From the NCBI GenBank assembly GCA_038087875.1, contig CM075981.1, forward strand, positions 19,220,001-19,284,000: 64,000 nucleotides of DNA. Direction: 5' to 3'. The notes under the pieces were generated by a model. It searched no databases, was not told the DNA's origin, and worked only from the letters and a program-made list of their open reading frames with translations. This document shows positions 1 through 11,300 of this stretch, piece by piece. Source of the DNA: Malacoraja senta. Its lineage: Eukaryota. The translations under genes and the position numbers were made by a program. The first letter of the stretch is position 1. Every line of letters starts with the position of its first letter.

Positions 1-270
1 ATCACACTTTTGACTCGACTGTAAACAGGACACAGTGGAGAGTTTGTGGATGAGTGCGGGCAGTGGTCGGGAAGGGAGCGCAGCAAGTGTGGACTTCCTC
101 CAGCAACAACTATCTGAACTGAAGGGGGAGGGAAGAGATAAACTGGTGGGTGGAAATGAACTGGCATTGGCTTAAAGTTCACTCGTGACTGTTGAAGACA
201 GGATGTTGGGTATCGAGGGGTCCACAAGTATCTCCTTTACTCATCTTTCTTCTCTCTGCCCCAACCTCAG

Positions 271-552
271 AGCCCGTGGCAGGAACACAGATCAAGGCTG
301 AGAACATCACCGAGATCTGCAACCTCTCCCTGACTTGCTTCGTGACCTCCGGCGGCCCCATCAACTTCACGTGGTGGAGGGAAGCTTTGGGAAATGACAG
401 CACCCACCACCTCGAGGGACACGGAAAGACAATACAGGTTTATCACACAGCAGAGGTCGGGGGCACTGTGTATACGTGTGAGGCCAGTAACCCGGTCAGT
501 AAGGGCACAGCACAGATCCGGCTGAGGGATATCTGTAAACAGTCCACATTTG
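271..552 (+). CDS. Gene A: CD2/SLAM-family receptor, IgC2 (second Ig) domain exon
   Basis: Polypyrimidine tract + ctcag acceptor; TTTG|gtgagt donor; 282 nt, phase 1-1. Encodes EPVAGTQIKAENITEICNLSLTC...W...YTCEASNPVS...DICKQSTF, with the four Cys and ASNPVS motif typical of SLAM/CD2 domain 2. Confidence 0.92.
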
Positions 553-869
553 GTGAGTGTCAAAGTGAGGATCCCAGGTTATTGGGAGGACAGTAGTTTA
601 TTTGTTCATTGGGACAGTGTATTGGGAGTGTGTGATGGGACAGTGTGGAGGGAACTTCACTCTATACCTAATCCATGCCAGGAGTGGGTGGGATAATGGC
701 ATAGAGGCACTAGGCCACATCTAACCCATGCCTTGGAAGGATTTAATACATAATTAACATTATTCTGTTCCCAAACCTTTCATCTCCATTTTTTTAAGCA
801 ACCACTGAGGCTTAATTAAAGTGGTACCTCTGCCCAGAATGCACTTCAGCTTTGTGGAGTCAACTCAGA

Positions 870-1525
870 TGTACCTTTGCTAATCCACTGCCTGGCCATG
901 TACAGGAGCAGAGTGATGAGAAGGTCCTTGTCCCCTTCTGCACTGACTGTCTATAGTTCAGGATCAAGGGGTTAAGTAGAGCCAAATCTTGATGACAGAC
1001 CCTTTAAACATTATAAACAGGCTGCAACCTCTCACTATCTGTGTGTACATGGAACATGTACTTGTCCAGGCTACAGAAAGCCAGGCAGGCTAAGGGGTTC
1101 ATGGGAGAATTAAAATCCTGTTAAACGAGACTGCTCTAAAACTAAAACTAAAACAAACAAAAACAGGTCTCTGAATGCCTCCAATGAACCAGTGGGCACT
1201 GCTTGCTCTCGCTTCTTTCACACCCATGGACGGATGTATCCTTGGAAGAAGGGCAGGCAGTCAGCCCAGATGGTACCTTCGACAATCCACTGCCTGACCA
1301 CGCACAGGAGCAGAGAGATGAGACGGTCCTTGTCCCCTTCTGCACGGACTGTCTACGGTTCAGGAGCAAGGGATTAAGTAGAGCCAAATCTTGAAGACAG
1401 ACCAAACAGGCTGCAACCTCTCATACGCTGTGTGTACATTAAACATGTACTTGTCCAGGCTGCAGAAAGGCAGGCAGGCTAAGGGTCCATAGGAGAATTA
1501 AAATCCTGTTGAATGGGACTGCTCT
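870..1525. repeat. Diverged direct duplication (~260 bp units, ~410 bp apart) in gene A intron
   Basis: caggagcagag...gtccttgtccccttctgcac...agagccaaatcttga...ggagaattaaaatcctgtt...gactgctct occurs at about 900-1137 and 1303-1525. Confidence 0.75.
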
Positions 1526-1659
1526 CTGCCACACTCTCCACCCTTGGTCCCATTCAGGCAGGGCTCCGCACCCACATCCACCATGCAGGATGATCATCAC
1601 AGTTTAAGTTTTGTTTTTAGTTTAGAGATACAACATGGAAACATACATTCACCGAACAT

Positions 1660-1921
1660 CGATCACCCATTCTCACTAGTTCTGTTTTATCCCACTTTTC
1701 ACATTGACTCCCTCCACATTAGGGGCAATTTACAGAGACCAATTAACCTGCAAACCCACACATCTTTGGGATGTGGGAGGAATCAGGAGCACCTGGAAGA
1801 AACCCATGTGGAGACAGGGAGAACATGCAAACTACACACAGACAACACCTAAGAGGATCAAACCCATGATCCTCTGACATTGTGAGGCAGCAGTTTTACC
1901 AACTACACCACGCTGCCGCCC
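1660..1921 (-). mobile_element. tRNA-derived SINE (HE1/V-SINE-like)
   Basis: Reverse strand begins ggcggcagcgtggtgtagttggt...gggtttgatcc (Pol III A/B-box-like), followed by the gtttgcatgttctccc core. A related copy is at about 41820-42030. Confidence 0.7.
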
Positions 1922-2815
1922 CAGTGTTTGTAAATGGCAAACAATGATGAAGAACTGGAGTGGGTGCTCGAACAGGTTGTACAGGGAACAACACCCTGTG
2001 CTGTGGAGCAGCATGGAAGGCATTTTTGAGAGACAGGACCACATTGTGTCAGACACAAAGAGGGTTTCAGAGCTGGAGTCCAATGAGCAATCCCAGCCAA
2101 ACAAGCTGTGCTCAGTTGGGAACATGCCACGCACCACCCTCCACTACATACAGTGATGTGGATCCCAAAAAACATCAGCAACAAGACTTGTTCAGCTCAC
2201 TCCTCCTCCATTTCATCTTTTCCCTGCCCAGTTACTGTGACTGGAGATGACCATGTCTCAGTCTCTGGAAAGATTCCAGTAAAAGACAGGCAATTCCCAC
2301 CGAGCAGCACAGCTATAAGGGTAAAAAAGACCCTAATGGGAGTTATTTATAGGTTCCGAAAATAGCCAGGATATAGGGTACAAGTTACATTAGGCAATAA
2401 AAGTGGCTTGTAAAAAAGGCAATGCTACGGTGGTCATAGGAGATTTCAATATGCAGATTGACTGGGAAAACCAGGTACTGGACCCCAAGAAATGAAATTT
2501 GCAGAGTGCCTTCGAGATGGATTTTCAGCAGCTTGTAGTGGAGCCTACCAGGGAAAATGCAATTTTGGATTTAGCATTATGTAATGAACCGGGTGTGATA
2601 AAGGGAACTCAAGGTAAAGGAACCAATTGGAGGTAGCAACCACAACATTATGTGTTTTAATCTGCAATTTGAGAGGGAGAAGATGAAATTGGATGTGTCA
2701 GTATTGCAGCTGGGCAAAGGGGACTATAGAGGCGTGAGGGAGGAGCTGGCCAAAGTTGACGGGAAAGGGACCCAAGGATGGATGACGGTGGAAGAGCAAT
2801 GGCAGGATTTTCTGC

Positions 2816-3906
2816 GAACCGACATCTACTACAAACCCACTGACTCCCATGGCATTCTGGACTACAATTCTTCCCACCCTGCTTCCTGTAAGGACCCTAT
2901 CCCCTACTCCCAATTCCTCCGTCTACGCCGCATCTGCACCCAGGATGAGGTGTTCCAAACCAGGGCATCGGAGATGTCCTTATTCTTTAGGGAATGGGGG
3001 TTCCACTCTTTGACGATAGATGAGGTTCTCACCAGGGTCTCTTCCATATCTCGCAGCTCTGCTCTCACTCCCCATCCTCCCACTCGTAACAAGGGCAGAG
3101 TCCCCCTTGTCCTCACCTTCCACCCTACCAGCCGTCACATACAACAGATAATCCTCCGACATTTTCGCCACCTCCAACGGGATCGGACCACTGGCCACAT
3201 CTTTCCATCTCCTCCCCTTTCGGCTTTCAGCAGAGACTGCTCCCTCCATAACTCCCTGATCAATTTGTCCCTTCCCACCCAAACCACCCCCTCCCCTGGT
3301 ACTTTCCCTTGCAACCGCAGGAAATGCTACACTTGTCGTTTTACCTACCCCCTCGACTCCATCCAAGGACCTAAGCAGTCTTTCCAGGTGAGGCAGAGGT
3401 TCACCTTCAACTCCTCCAACCTCATCTATTGCATCCGCTGCTCTAGGTGTCAACTGCTCCACATCGGTGAGACCAAGCGCAGGCTTGACGATTGCTTTGC
3501 CCAACACTTCCGCACAGTTCGCATTAACCAACTTGATCTCCCGGTGGCTCAGCACTTCATCTCCCCCTCCCATTCCAAATCTGACCTTTTCTGTCCCGGG
3601 CCTCCTCCATGGCCAGAGTGAGTCCCACCGCAAATTGGAGGGGCAGCACCTCATATTTCACTTGGGTAGTTTACACCCTAGCGGTATGAACATTGACCTC
3701 CAATTTCAGGTAGTCCTTGCATTCTCCCTCCTTCCCCTCCCCTGCCCAGCTCTCCCACAGCCCACTGTCTCAACTTTTCTTTTCTTCTTCCCCCACCCCA
3801 TCCCCCCCCCAAAAGTCTGAAGAAGGGTCTCGACCCGAAACGTCACCTATTCCTTCGCCCCATAGATGCTGCCTCACCCGCTGAGTTTCCCCACCATTTT
3901 TGTCTA
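2816..3906 (+). mobile_element. Penelope-like element, 5'-truncated (RT C-terminus + GIY-YIG endonuclease)
   Basis: TDIYYKPTDSH..LDYNSSHP..CKDPIPYSQFLRLRRIC; CNRRKCYTC; NLIYCIRCSRCQLLHIGETKRRL. Confidence 0.9.
3817..3844 (+). ncRNA. Minimal hammerhead ribozyme core in Penelope 3' end
   Basis: CTGAAGA-A-GGGT(CTCG)ACCC-GAA-ACGT-C: CUGANGA box, stem II, GAA, palindromic stem III and GUC cleavage triplet. Stem I is only about 2 bp. Confidence 0.7.
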
Positions 3907-5559
3907 TCAGGGAGAAAGTGCTTGGGAAGCTGAAAGGGCTGAAGGTGGATAAGTTACCTGGGCTGGATGGTACTGAGAGAGGTGGCTTTAGAGATTGTGG
4001 AGGCACTGATAGTGATTTTTCAGAAATCTCAGGAGTGGTCCCAGATGATTGAAAAATTGCCAATATTACCTCGCTGCACAAAAAGGGAGCAAGGCAGAAT
4101 AGTGGGAACTACCGGCCGGTTAGTCTGACTTCGGTGGTTGGTAAGATTTTAGAGACCATTATAAAGGATGAGGTTAGGAGTACTTAGAAGTTCACGATAA
4201 AATAAGTTGATGTCAGCATGACTTTGTGAAGGGGAAGTCTTGCTTGACCAATTTGTTGGAATTCTTTGAAGAAGTAAATAGCCGGACAGACAAAGGAGAG
4301 TCTGTAGAAGGTGTTTACTTCGATTTTCAGAAAGCCTTTGATAAGGTGCCACACGTTAGGCTGCTTAGGAAGATGAGAGTCCCCGGTATCAAAGAGCAGA
4401 TACTAGCAAGGATAGCAGGTTGGCTGAATGGCAGAAGACAAAGAGTGGTAATAAAGGGATCTTTTTCTGGTTGGCTGCCAGTGACTAGTCGAGTTCTGCA
4501 AGGGTCGGGACTGGGTCCGCTACTATTCACGTTGTATATTAATGATTTGGACGAGGGGATTGAAAACTTTGTGGTAGAATTTGTTAATGATATGAAAATA
4601 GGTGGAGGCGCAGGTAGTGTAGAGAAAGCAGGGACTCTGCAGAAGGACTTAGACAGGTTGGGAGAGTGGGCAAAGAAATGGCAGATGGAATATAGTGTAG
4701 CAAAGAGTGGAGTCATGCATTTTGGTAGTAGGAATAAAGGCATAGACTATTTTCTCAAAGGGGTGAGAATGCAGAAATCGGAGGTGCAAAGGGACTTGGG
4801 AGTGCTGATGCAGGATTCCCAAAAAGTTAATCTGCAAGTCGAATCGGTAGTAAAGAAAGCAAACTCAATGCTAGCATTTAGTTCAAGAGGACTTGTGTAC
4901 AAAAACAGTGATGTAATGTTGAGGCTCCATCAGGCGCTGGTCAGGCCGCCTTTGGAATATTGTGAGCAATTTTGGGCACCATATCTGAGGAAGAATGTGC
5001 TGGCTCTGGAGACGGTCCTATTCCTTATGACCTTATGAGCTGTCACTTGCCACTGGGTACTGCGTGTTGTCCCAAAGGCAGCACACCTGGAGGAAGAAAT
5101 TCATCACCAGTGCATGACATCTGGGAGGATGCTCAGTGTACAGAGTCCCAAGGCAGAGAGTCGCCACCTGGGTATGGACGCACACCTGCGACTAACCGCC
5201 CTCCTCAATCAGTAGATTCAGAACAGCAGCAGAGTCACATTGCTTTTCTTGCCCTGGAACAAAATCTCCATTGCTGGATCTTGGTGACATAGACAGCAAG
5301 TGGAACGAAAGTGACCAACTGGTACCACATGGTGATCACATGTAGGTTTATGATCAGCGATGGGCCCCTTTTGGAAAGCACTTGGAACAGTCCTGAACAA
5401 TGCAGGTGATTTCTACCTCCAGCTCCTGCCAGATTGTGAGAGTGCCCGTTTCCTGCACCCACACCGTATTCCCCAAAATATCTAAAATTCTGTCAAACTC
5501 TGTATTGACTAAAATAAAGGCACAAAGTGCTGCAGTCAAGACTCAACAGTCAAGAGAGT

Positions 5560-7490
5560 TTATTGTCAAGTCAAGTCAAGTCAAGTCACATTTATTTATA
5601 TAGCACATTTAAAAAACAACTCTCGTTGGCCAAAGTGCTTTACATTTGTTTTAAGAATAACACAAACAAAACAAGCTACATACATATATACATGTAGCCC
5701 TCACTCAGAGGACGTCAGGAAAGGCTTGGGAGTATAGATAAGTCTTTAGTCTTGACTTAAAAGAGTCGATGGAGGGGGCAGTTCTGATGGGAAAGGGGAT
5801 GCTGTTCCACAGTCTAGGCGCGGTCACCCCTGAGCTTATGCCTAGACCGTGGGATATTCAGCAACCCCAAGTCGGCCGATCTGAGGGGCCTGGAGGTCAA
5901 TTCAATTCAATTCAATTTATTTGTCTTTTGGACAAATTTGTCATTTGGACCCCTTGAGGTCCAAACGAAATGTCGTTTCTGCAGCCATGCAATACAAAAC
6001 GAAGAAGACCCGAGACACAACACAATTTACACATACATCCATCACAACGCTGTGATGGAAGGCAAAAAAAACCGTATCTCTCCACTGCACTCCCCCCCCC
6101 CGATGTCAGTCAAAGTCAAAGCCCCCGTCGGGCGATGGTGATTATCCCGCGGCCATTAAAGCCACGCCGGGTGATGCAAGGTCGCGCACCGGGTCTTGGT
6201 GTTAGAGCCCCGGCGCGCGCCCGCAAATTTCGGCGGCCATTCCAAGCCGCACGGCGGGATAAAGCCCCGCTCCAGGTGCTCTTCAACCCCGCAACTCGGG
6301 CGGGAGAAGTCGCCGCTGCGGAAGCCCCGAAAAGCGGTTTCCTACCAGGGGACCCGCGGGCTTCCGGTGTTGCCGTCCGCCAGACCCGCGGTTGTAGCCT
6401 CCGAATCTCCGGGGGTCGGGCCGCAGCAGCGCTCCATCACAGCTCCACCCGCTCCGGACTCGGCCAGCCCCGTGACGGTGAGTAGTCCGCAGCTCCACAA
6501 CTGGAGCCCCAGGTCCATCCTGCTGGAGGCCGCTCCACGTTGCCCAGCCCCAACGACAACGGAGACCCGACAAAGAAAAGGTCGGGTCTCCCGTGCAGGG
6601 GAAAGATTTCAAAGGTGGAGTGGTGGGTGAGAAGACTTTTTATGTAGGTGGGGGCAAGCCCATTGAGGGCATTGTAGACATGGAGGAGGATCTTGAAGTT
6701 TATACGGAACCGCACAGGGAGACAGTGGAGAGAGGCCAGGATCGGGGTGATGTGGTCCCTTTTTCGGGTGCCCGTATGGAGTGTTGCTGTGGCGTTTTGG
6801 ACCAGTTGCAGGTGGGACAGGGAAGATTGGCTGATGCCAGTGTAAAGGGAGTTGCAGTAATCTAGTCGGGAGGAGATGAATGTGTGGATGATCTTTTCGA
6901 GGTCATCAAACTGGAGGAATTGTTTTATTTTAGCTATCGTCCGAAGCTGAAAGAAGCTAGCTTTTACCACGGCATTGACTTGTTTGTCAAATTTCAGTGC
7001 TGAGTCAAATATTACGCCAAGGTTTTTGAAGTGAGGTTTGAGTAGTGGGGTAAGGCTTCCTAGGCTGCCTGCTATCATTTTGATTGAGTCCGAGGGGCCG
7101 AGAAGAATGACCTCAGTTGGAGGAAGTTCTGGGCCATCCAACACTTTATATCCTTGAGGCAGTGGGTAAGGTTAAACAGATTTGATTGGTTTTTGGGCTT
7201 CAGGGGGAGATAGAGTTGTGTATCGTCTGCATAGCAATGGGAGGAAATGCTGTGCCTTTCAATGACTTGGGCTAAGGGGAGCATATACAGGGAGAAGAGA
7301 ATGGGGCCAAGGATGGAACCTTGTGGAACCCCACAGCAGAGATTAGAAGGGGAGGAGAAAGAGTTGCCCATGTTAGTCGAGAAACTCCTACCTTTGAGGT
7401 GGGAGATGAACCAGCTCAGGGCAGTGCCATCAATACCAACCCCATACCGGAGACGGTCAATTAGGATGGTGTGGTCGATAGTAGTGTCCC
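5560..7490 (-). mobile_element. L2-clade LINE, 5'-truncated, with an unrelated GC-rich insert at about 5900-6610
   Basis: GVPQGSILGPILFSLYMLPL, CYADDTQLY, NLGVIFDSAL, FISSRLDYCNSL; 3' tail tgctatataaataaa-(tgact)n. Confidence 0.85.
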
Positions 7491-7941
7491 AGATAGGACA
7501 ATTCTTGCATTGCTGCAGCACAACAGGATATTGTAGTCATAAATACAGATCAGATCAGTGTGTCCAAATACCATAGAATATATAGATATAGAAACATAGA
7601 AACATAGAAAATAGGTGCGAGAGGAGGCCATTAGGCCCTTCATTGTGATCATGGCTGATCGTCCCCAATCAATAACCTGGGCCTGTAACCATATCCCTTG
7701 ATTCTACTAGCCCCTAGAGCTCTATCTAACTCTCTCTTAAATCCATCCAGTGATTTGGCCTCCACTGCCCTCTGTGGCAGGGAATTCCACAAATTCACAA
7801 CTCTCAGGGTGAAAAAGTTTTTCTCACCTCAGTCTTAAATGACCTCTGTTTATTCTAAGACTGTGGCCCCTGGTTCTGGTTCTTGATATACACACATCAA
7901 TAAACAGATAAAGTGCAATAGGCTGTTATAGTTCAGAGTTT

Positions 7942-8109
7942 TAAAGAAGGAACTGCAGATGCTGGAAAATCGAAGGTACACAAAAATGCTGGAGAAACTC
8001 AGCGGGTGCAGCAGCATCTATGGAGCGAAGGAAATAGGCAACGTTTCGGGCCGAAACCCTTCTTCAGTCTGAAGAAGGGTTTCTTCAGTCTCCAGCATTT
8101 TTGTGTACC
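7942..8109. mobile_element. Short palindromic hammerhead-bearing retroelement with 14-bp TSD
   Basis: Flanked by ATAGTTCAGAGTTT at 7928-7941 and 8110-8123. Minus-strand core CTGAAGA-AGGGTTTCGGCCC-GAAACGTT at 8067-8040, followed by a partial sense copy. Confidence 0.75.
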
Positions 8110-9327
8110 ATAGTTCAGAGTTTGTTTGAAGTTGTGTTTAATAGTCTGATAGCTGTGGGGAAAAGCTGTTCCTGAACCTAGATGTTGCAGATTTCAGGCT
8201 CCTGTACCTAATGGCAGCGGAGAGATGAGTGTGTGGCCAGGATGGTGTGGGTCCTTGATGATGCTGGCAACCTTTTTGAGGCAGCGACTGCGATAGATCC
8301 CCTCGATGGTAGGGAGGTCAGAGCCGATGATGGACTGGGCAGTGGTTACAACTTTTTGCAGCCTTTTCTGCTCCTGGACGCTCAGTAACTCAGCGGATGA
8401 GGCAGCATCCCTGAAGAACGTGTATAGGTGAAGTTTCAGTTGGGATACTTCTTTAGACTAATTGAGGCAGGGTGGGAAGAAGTATTGTCCAGATAACTGT
8501 GGGAGTTGTCAGGTTCTCACAGACAGTTGACACGAAGCGACGAATGGCCTGCACCTGCACCTATTGTCTGTTGTCTATTTTCTATTTATAGTAGTCTTGG
8601 CTATCGTCAGTGACCAAGTCTATACATCCTCAGGGGCTGTAAATTACAAACATTTACCCCTCTGGGTGAATACATTTATTCTCTAACCTCAGATGGTGTC
8701 CCATGGGTCCAGAGACACCAGCCAAGGAAAACATCCTTCCTGGGTCTAGTCTGTCAATCCTGTTAAATTTAATGACCTCAAAGCAATTGCTTCTCATTCT
8801 TCTGCTAAATTCTGCAGGGTTCAGGCCAGGCCTGCTTCATCTCTCCTCATGGGACATACCCAACACCACAAGAATCATTCTGCTTAACCTTTGGGCCATT
8901 GCCCCAAATCCACAAATATCCTTCCATAGGTTGGGAGACCAGATCCAGGACAGTGTGCTTCATTCTATGTCTGACCAGTGCCCTGGGAGTGAGTGTTTAT
9001 ATCTGGGCATATGGTTAACTACCCAGTACTGCGGGGGAGGAGATGGTGACTGAAAAATTGAGAGGTGATTTAGAATCAGAAGAAAATAGTCAGTATCAGA
9101 GGATGAGGAGGAGATGGGCTGCAGAGGGGCAATATTCAGAGAGGCAGAATTTGGCATGGGGAGGGATACAGGGGTGTGATGTGATGGGGTGGTTGGGGAA
9201 GCTGAGGCAGGGTGTTGGGGTGATGGGGACTTTTCCCCAGCCTGAGGTAGGATGGAGTGGATCCGTTGATCCCGTGTCACTCGGAGCGCGAGGATGGAGT
9301 AATCACGGAATCTTTTCTCCTCTCCAG

Positions 9328-9450
9328 ATCAAGATAATGGAGTGTTGACAATTACATTGATATTGGTCTTTGTCATTGTGGTCGTTGCCATTGTGGTCGC
9401 TGCCATTGTGATTCGCATCAAACGTCACTCAACAAGGGACGGGCCAGCAG
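9328..9450 (+). CDS. Gene A: transmembrane exon
   Basis: ttttctcctctccag acceptor, phase 1. Encodes DQDNGVLTITLILVFVIVVVAIVVAAIVIRIKRHSTRDGPA (hydrophobic helix + basic stop-transfer). Ends CAG|gcaagt (GC donor), phase 1, matching the next exon. Confidence 0.88.
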
Positions 9451-9991
9451 GCAAGTGTCTGACCCCCGAGGGCCAAAGGTCTCAGCCCAGGGGAGAATAT
9501 GGGGCGAGGGAGGGGGGGAGGTGTTCAGGGTACAGAAACATCACAACTCACACTCTCTAAACCAGAGGACTCAGTTCAGGGGAAAAGGTTGGCGGTGCAA
9601 GGTACAGGAAAGTGTCCCACACACGCCCCCTCTGGACCAAGGGTTACAGCCCAGGGGAGGAGGTTAGGGGTGGGTGGGGTTCAAGATACATGAAAGTCTC
9701 AGGCTGAGAGGTCACAGTTCTGGACAGGATATAGAAAGGGGGCTGGGGTCAGGGTGAGGGGCTGGGATGGCAGGAAAAGGGGCTAAGATTCAAGAAAGGT
9801 TGTGGGAGGGAGAGGAGATGAAGGTTGGAGGAGGAGGAGGATGGGAGGGTAGAAATAGCAGATGGTACGTGCAGTCGGCATGGAGGGAGGGAGAGAGAGG
9901 GGTGATCGGGAAGCGTCTTGGTGTGACTGGAGTGCGAAGGAATTGTTACATGGTGCGGGCAGGTCCTCGTTACTCTCTCTCTACCCCACAG

Positions 9992-10080
9992 ACCCAGGGC
10001 CCACAGAGACTATCTACGCACAGGTCGAGCAACCACAGAGACGTCCTGCCAAACGGCAGCCTCCGGAGGGATATGAGACG
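9992..10080 (+). CDS. Gene A: cytoplasmic exon with ITSM (TIYAQV)
   Basis: ctctctctaccccacag acceptor, phase 1. Encodes DPGPTETIYAQVEQPQRRPAKRQPPEGYET. Donor ACG|gtaacg, phase 0. Confidence 0.85.
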
Positions 10081-10189
10081 GTAACGGAACACGTTCTGAC
10101 CCATGGGAGAGGGGATCAGTGGGACTGAACCCTCAATCCTAGAGACCACTCTCACTATCCCCAGCCATGCCAGGGTTAAAAATGGGCAC

Positions 10190-10540
10190 ACACCCAGTTA
10201 CTGGAGTACACTGTCCTCCACCTACCCAGTTACTGGGGTATACTGTCCCCGCACACTAGTTACTGGGGTACAGGATCCCCCACACACACAATTACTGGTG
10301 TGCACTGTCCCCACACCCCCAGTTACTGGGGTTCACTGTCCCCGCACACCAGTTACTAGGGTACACTGTCCCCACACACCCAGTTACTGGGGTACACTGT
10401 CCCCGCACACCCAATTACTGGTGTACACTGTCCCCACACCCCCAGTTACTGGGGTTCACTGTCCCCGCACACCAGTTACTGGGGTACACTGTCCCCACAC
10501 ACAGTTACTAGGGTACACTGTCCCCACACACCCAGTCACT
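10190..10540. repeat. Minisatellite, ~28-30 bp unit (ccagttactggggtacactgtccccacac), about 12 copies
   Basis: Direct tandem array without spacers, in the last intron of gene A. Confidence 0.9.
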
Positions 10541-10626
10541 GTGCTATGCCTTCTTCTCTTTACACAGTTGAGTGTGTCTAGAGCACAACGTCCCTTTGCT
10601 GTGAACACTCTCTGCTTTCTCTACAG

Positions 10627-10785
10627 GTTCAGAGACAGGAGGAGAGAATGGAGATCATTGCCTCCGTATATGATACTGTCAACTTACCTGGGACCTCAGG
10701 CATTGGATCACTGGACGCCCCTGGAAAGTCCCTGCACTGTAAGCCAGGAGATGTCCATCCTCCACCCCAGCCCGGGGCCCACTGA
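10627..10785 (+). CDS. Gene A: terminal cytoplasmic coding exon with SVYDTV motif
   Basis: ctctgctttctctacag acceptor, phase 0. Reads VQRQEERMEIIASVYDTVNLPGTSGIGSLDAPGKSLHCKPGDVHPPPQPGAH then TGA at 10783-10785. This frame is not in the supplied ORF track. Confidence 0.75.
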   Translation, partial: VQRQEERMEIIASVYDTVNLPGTSGIGSLDAPGKSLHCKPGDVHPPPQPGAH

Positions 10786-11300
10786 TCCCAGACCGGGGCA
10801 GCGATCCTACACCACAGAAGAAGGTCCTTCAACACACCATGCACATGCTGACTATCCATTTAATACACTTGCTATGGGGCCGTCTGTGCCTTGGTTATTC
10901 AAGTGCTCCATAAGCAGTGTGAGAGTCTCTGCCTCCACCACCAAAGATACTAGAGCAGAGCAAGATAGACCACTCCTGCAAAATCCAATAGTGTAGTACG
11001 CTACAGAGTGTAACTTCCGCCATTTCAGTGAACCCGACCCGACTTCAGTTATGCCTCTCGCATTGTAATCAGCGTTGCGGGGGAAGAGTGTGTGTTTTTA
11101 AATGTTTTAAATGTTTTTTAGATGTTCTTTTTAAATGGCTCATGCCCTGTGTTTGAATCGACTTTTGTATTAAACATATATAAATGTGATATAGATGCAT
11201 ATAATTATATAACACACATATATATTTCTCTAGTTTCTTATATATATAAACACATATATATTCATTATATATTATATATATACATATGATGCATATATAT

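Larger units (their letters stand above)
2250..5020 (+). mobile_element. CR1 LINE fragment (endonuclease and RT), interrupted by Penelope
   Basis: Endonuclease remnants at 2300-2810. ORF 4226-5038 has YFDFQKAFDKVPH, VLQGSGLGPLLFTLYINDLD and LVRPPLEYC. Confidence 0.9.

Noticed and set aside
1660-1921. tRNA gene
   Set aside because: A tRNA-like head continues into a SINE core with no complete cloverleaf; no true tRNA or rRNA genes were seen in the window.
2650-3621. Apparent CR1-Penelope fusion protein (323 aa)
   Set aside because: Chance in-frame junction of a Penelope insertion into a CR1 fragment; no evidence of a selected chimaera.
6437-7144. L2 ORF with a novel C-terminus
   Set aside because: Read-through from the L2 RT remnant into an unrelated GC-rich insertion.
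10190-10540. CRISPR-like array
   Set aside because: Repeats are directly adjacent with no unique spacers, there are no cas genes, and the context is eukaryotic.
10103-10996. 297-aa ORF with repeated TPVTGVHCP units
   Set aside because: Open only because it crosses the minisatellite; it overlaps a gene A intron, and the real last exon is in another frame.
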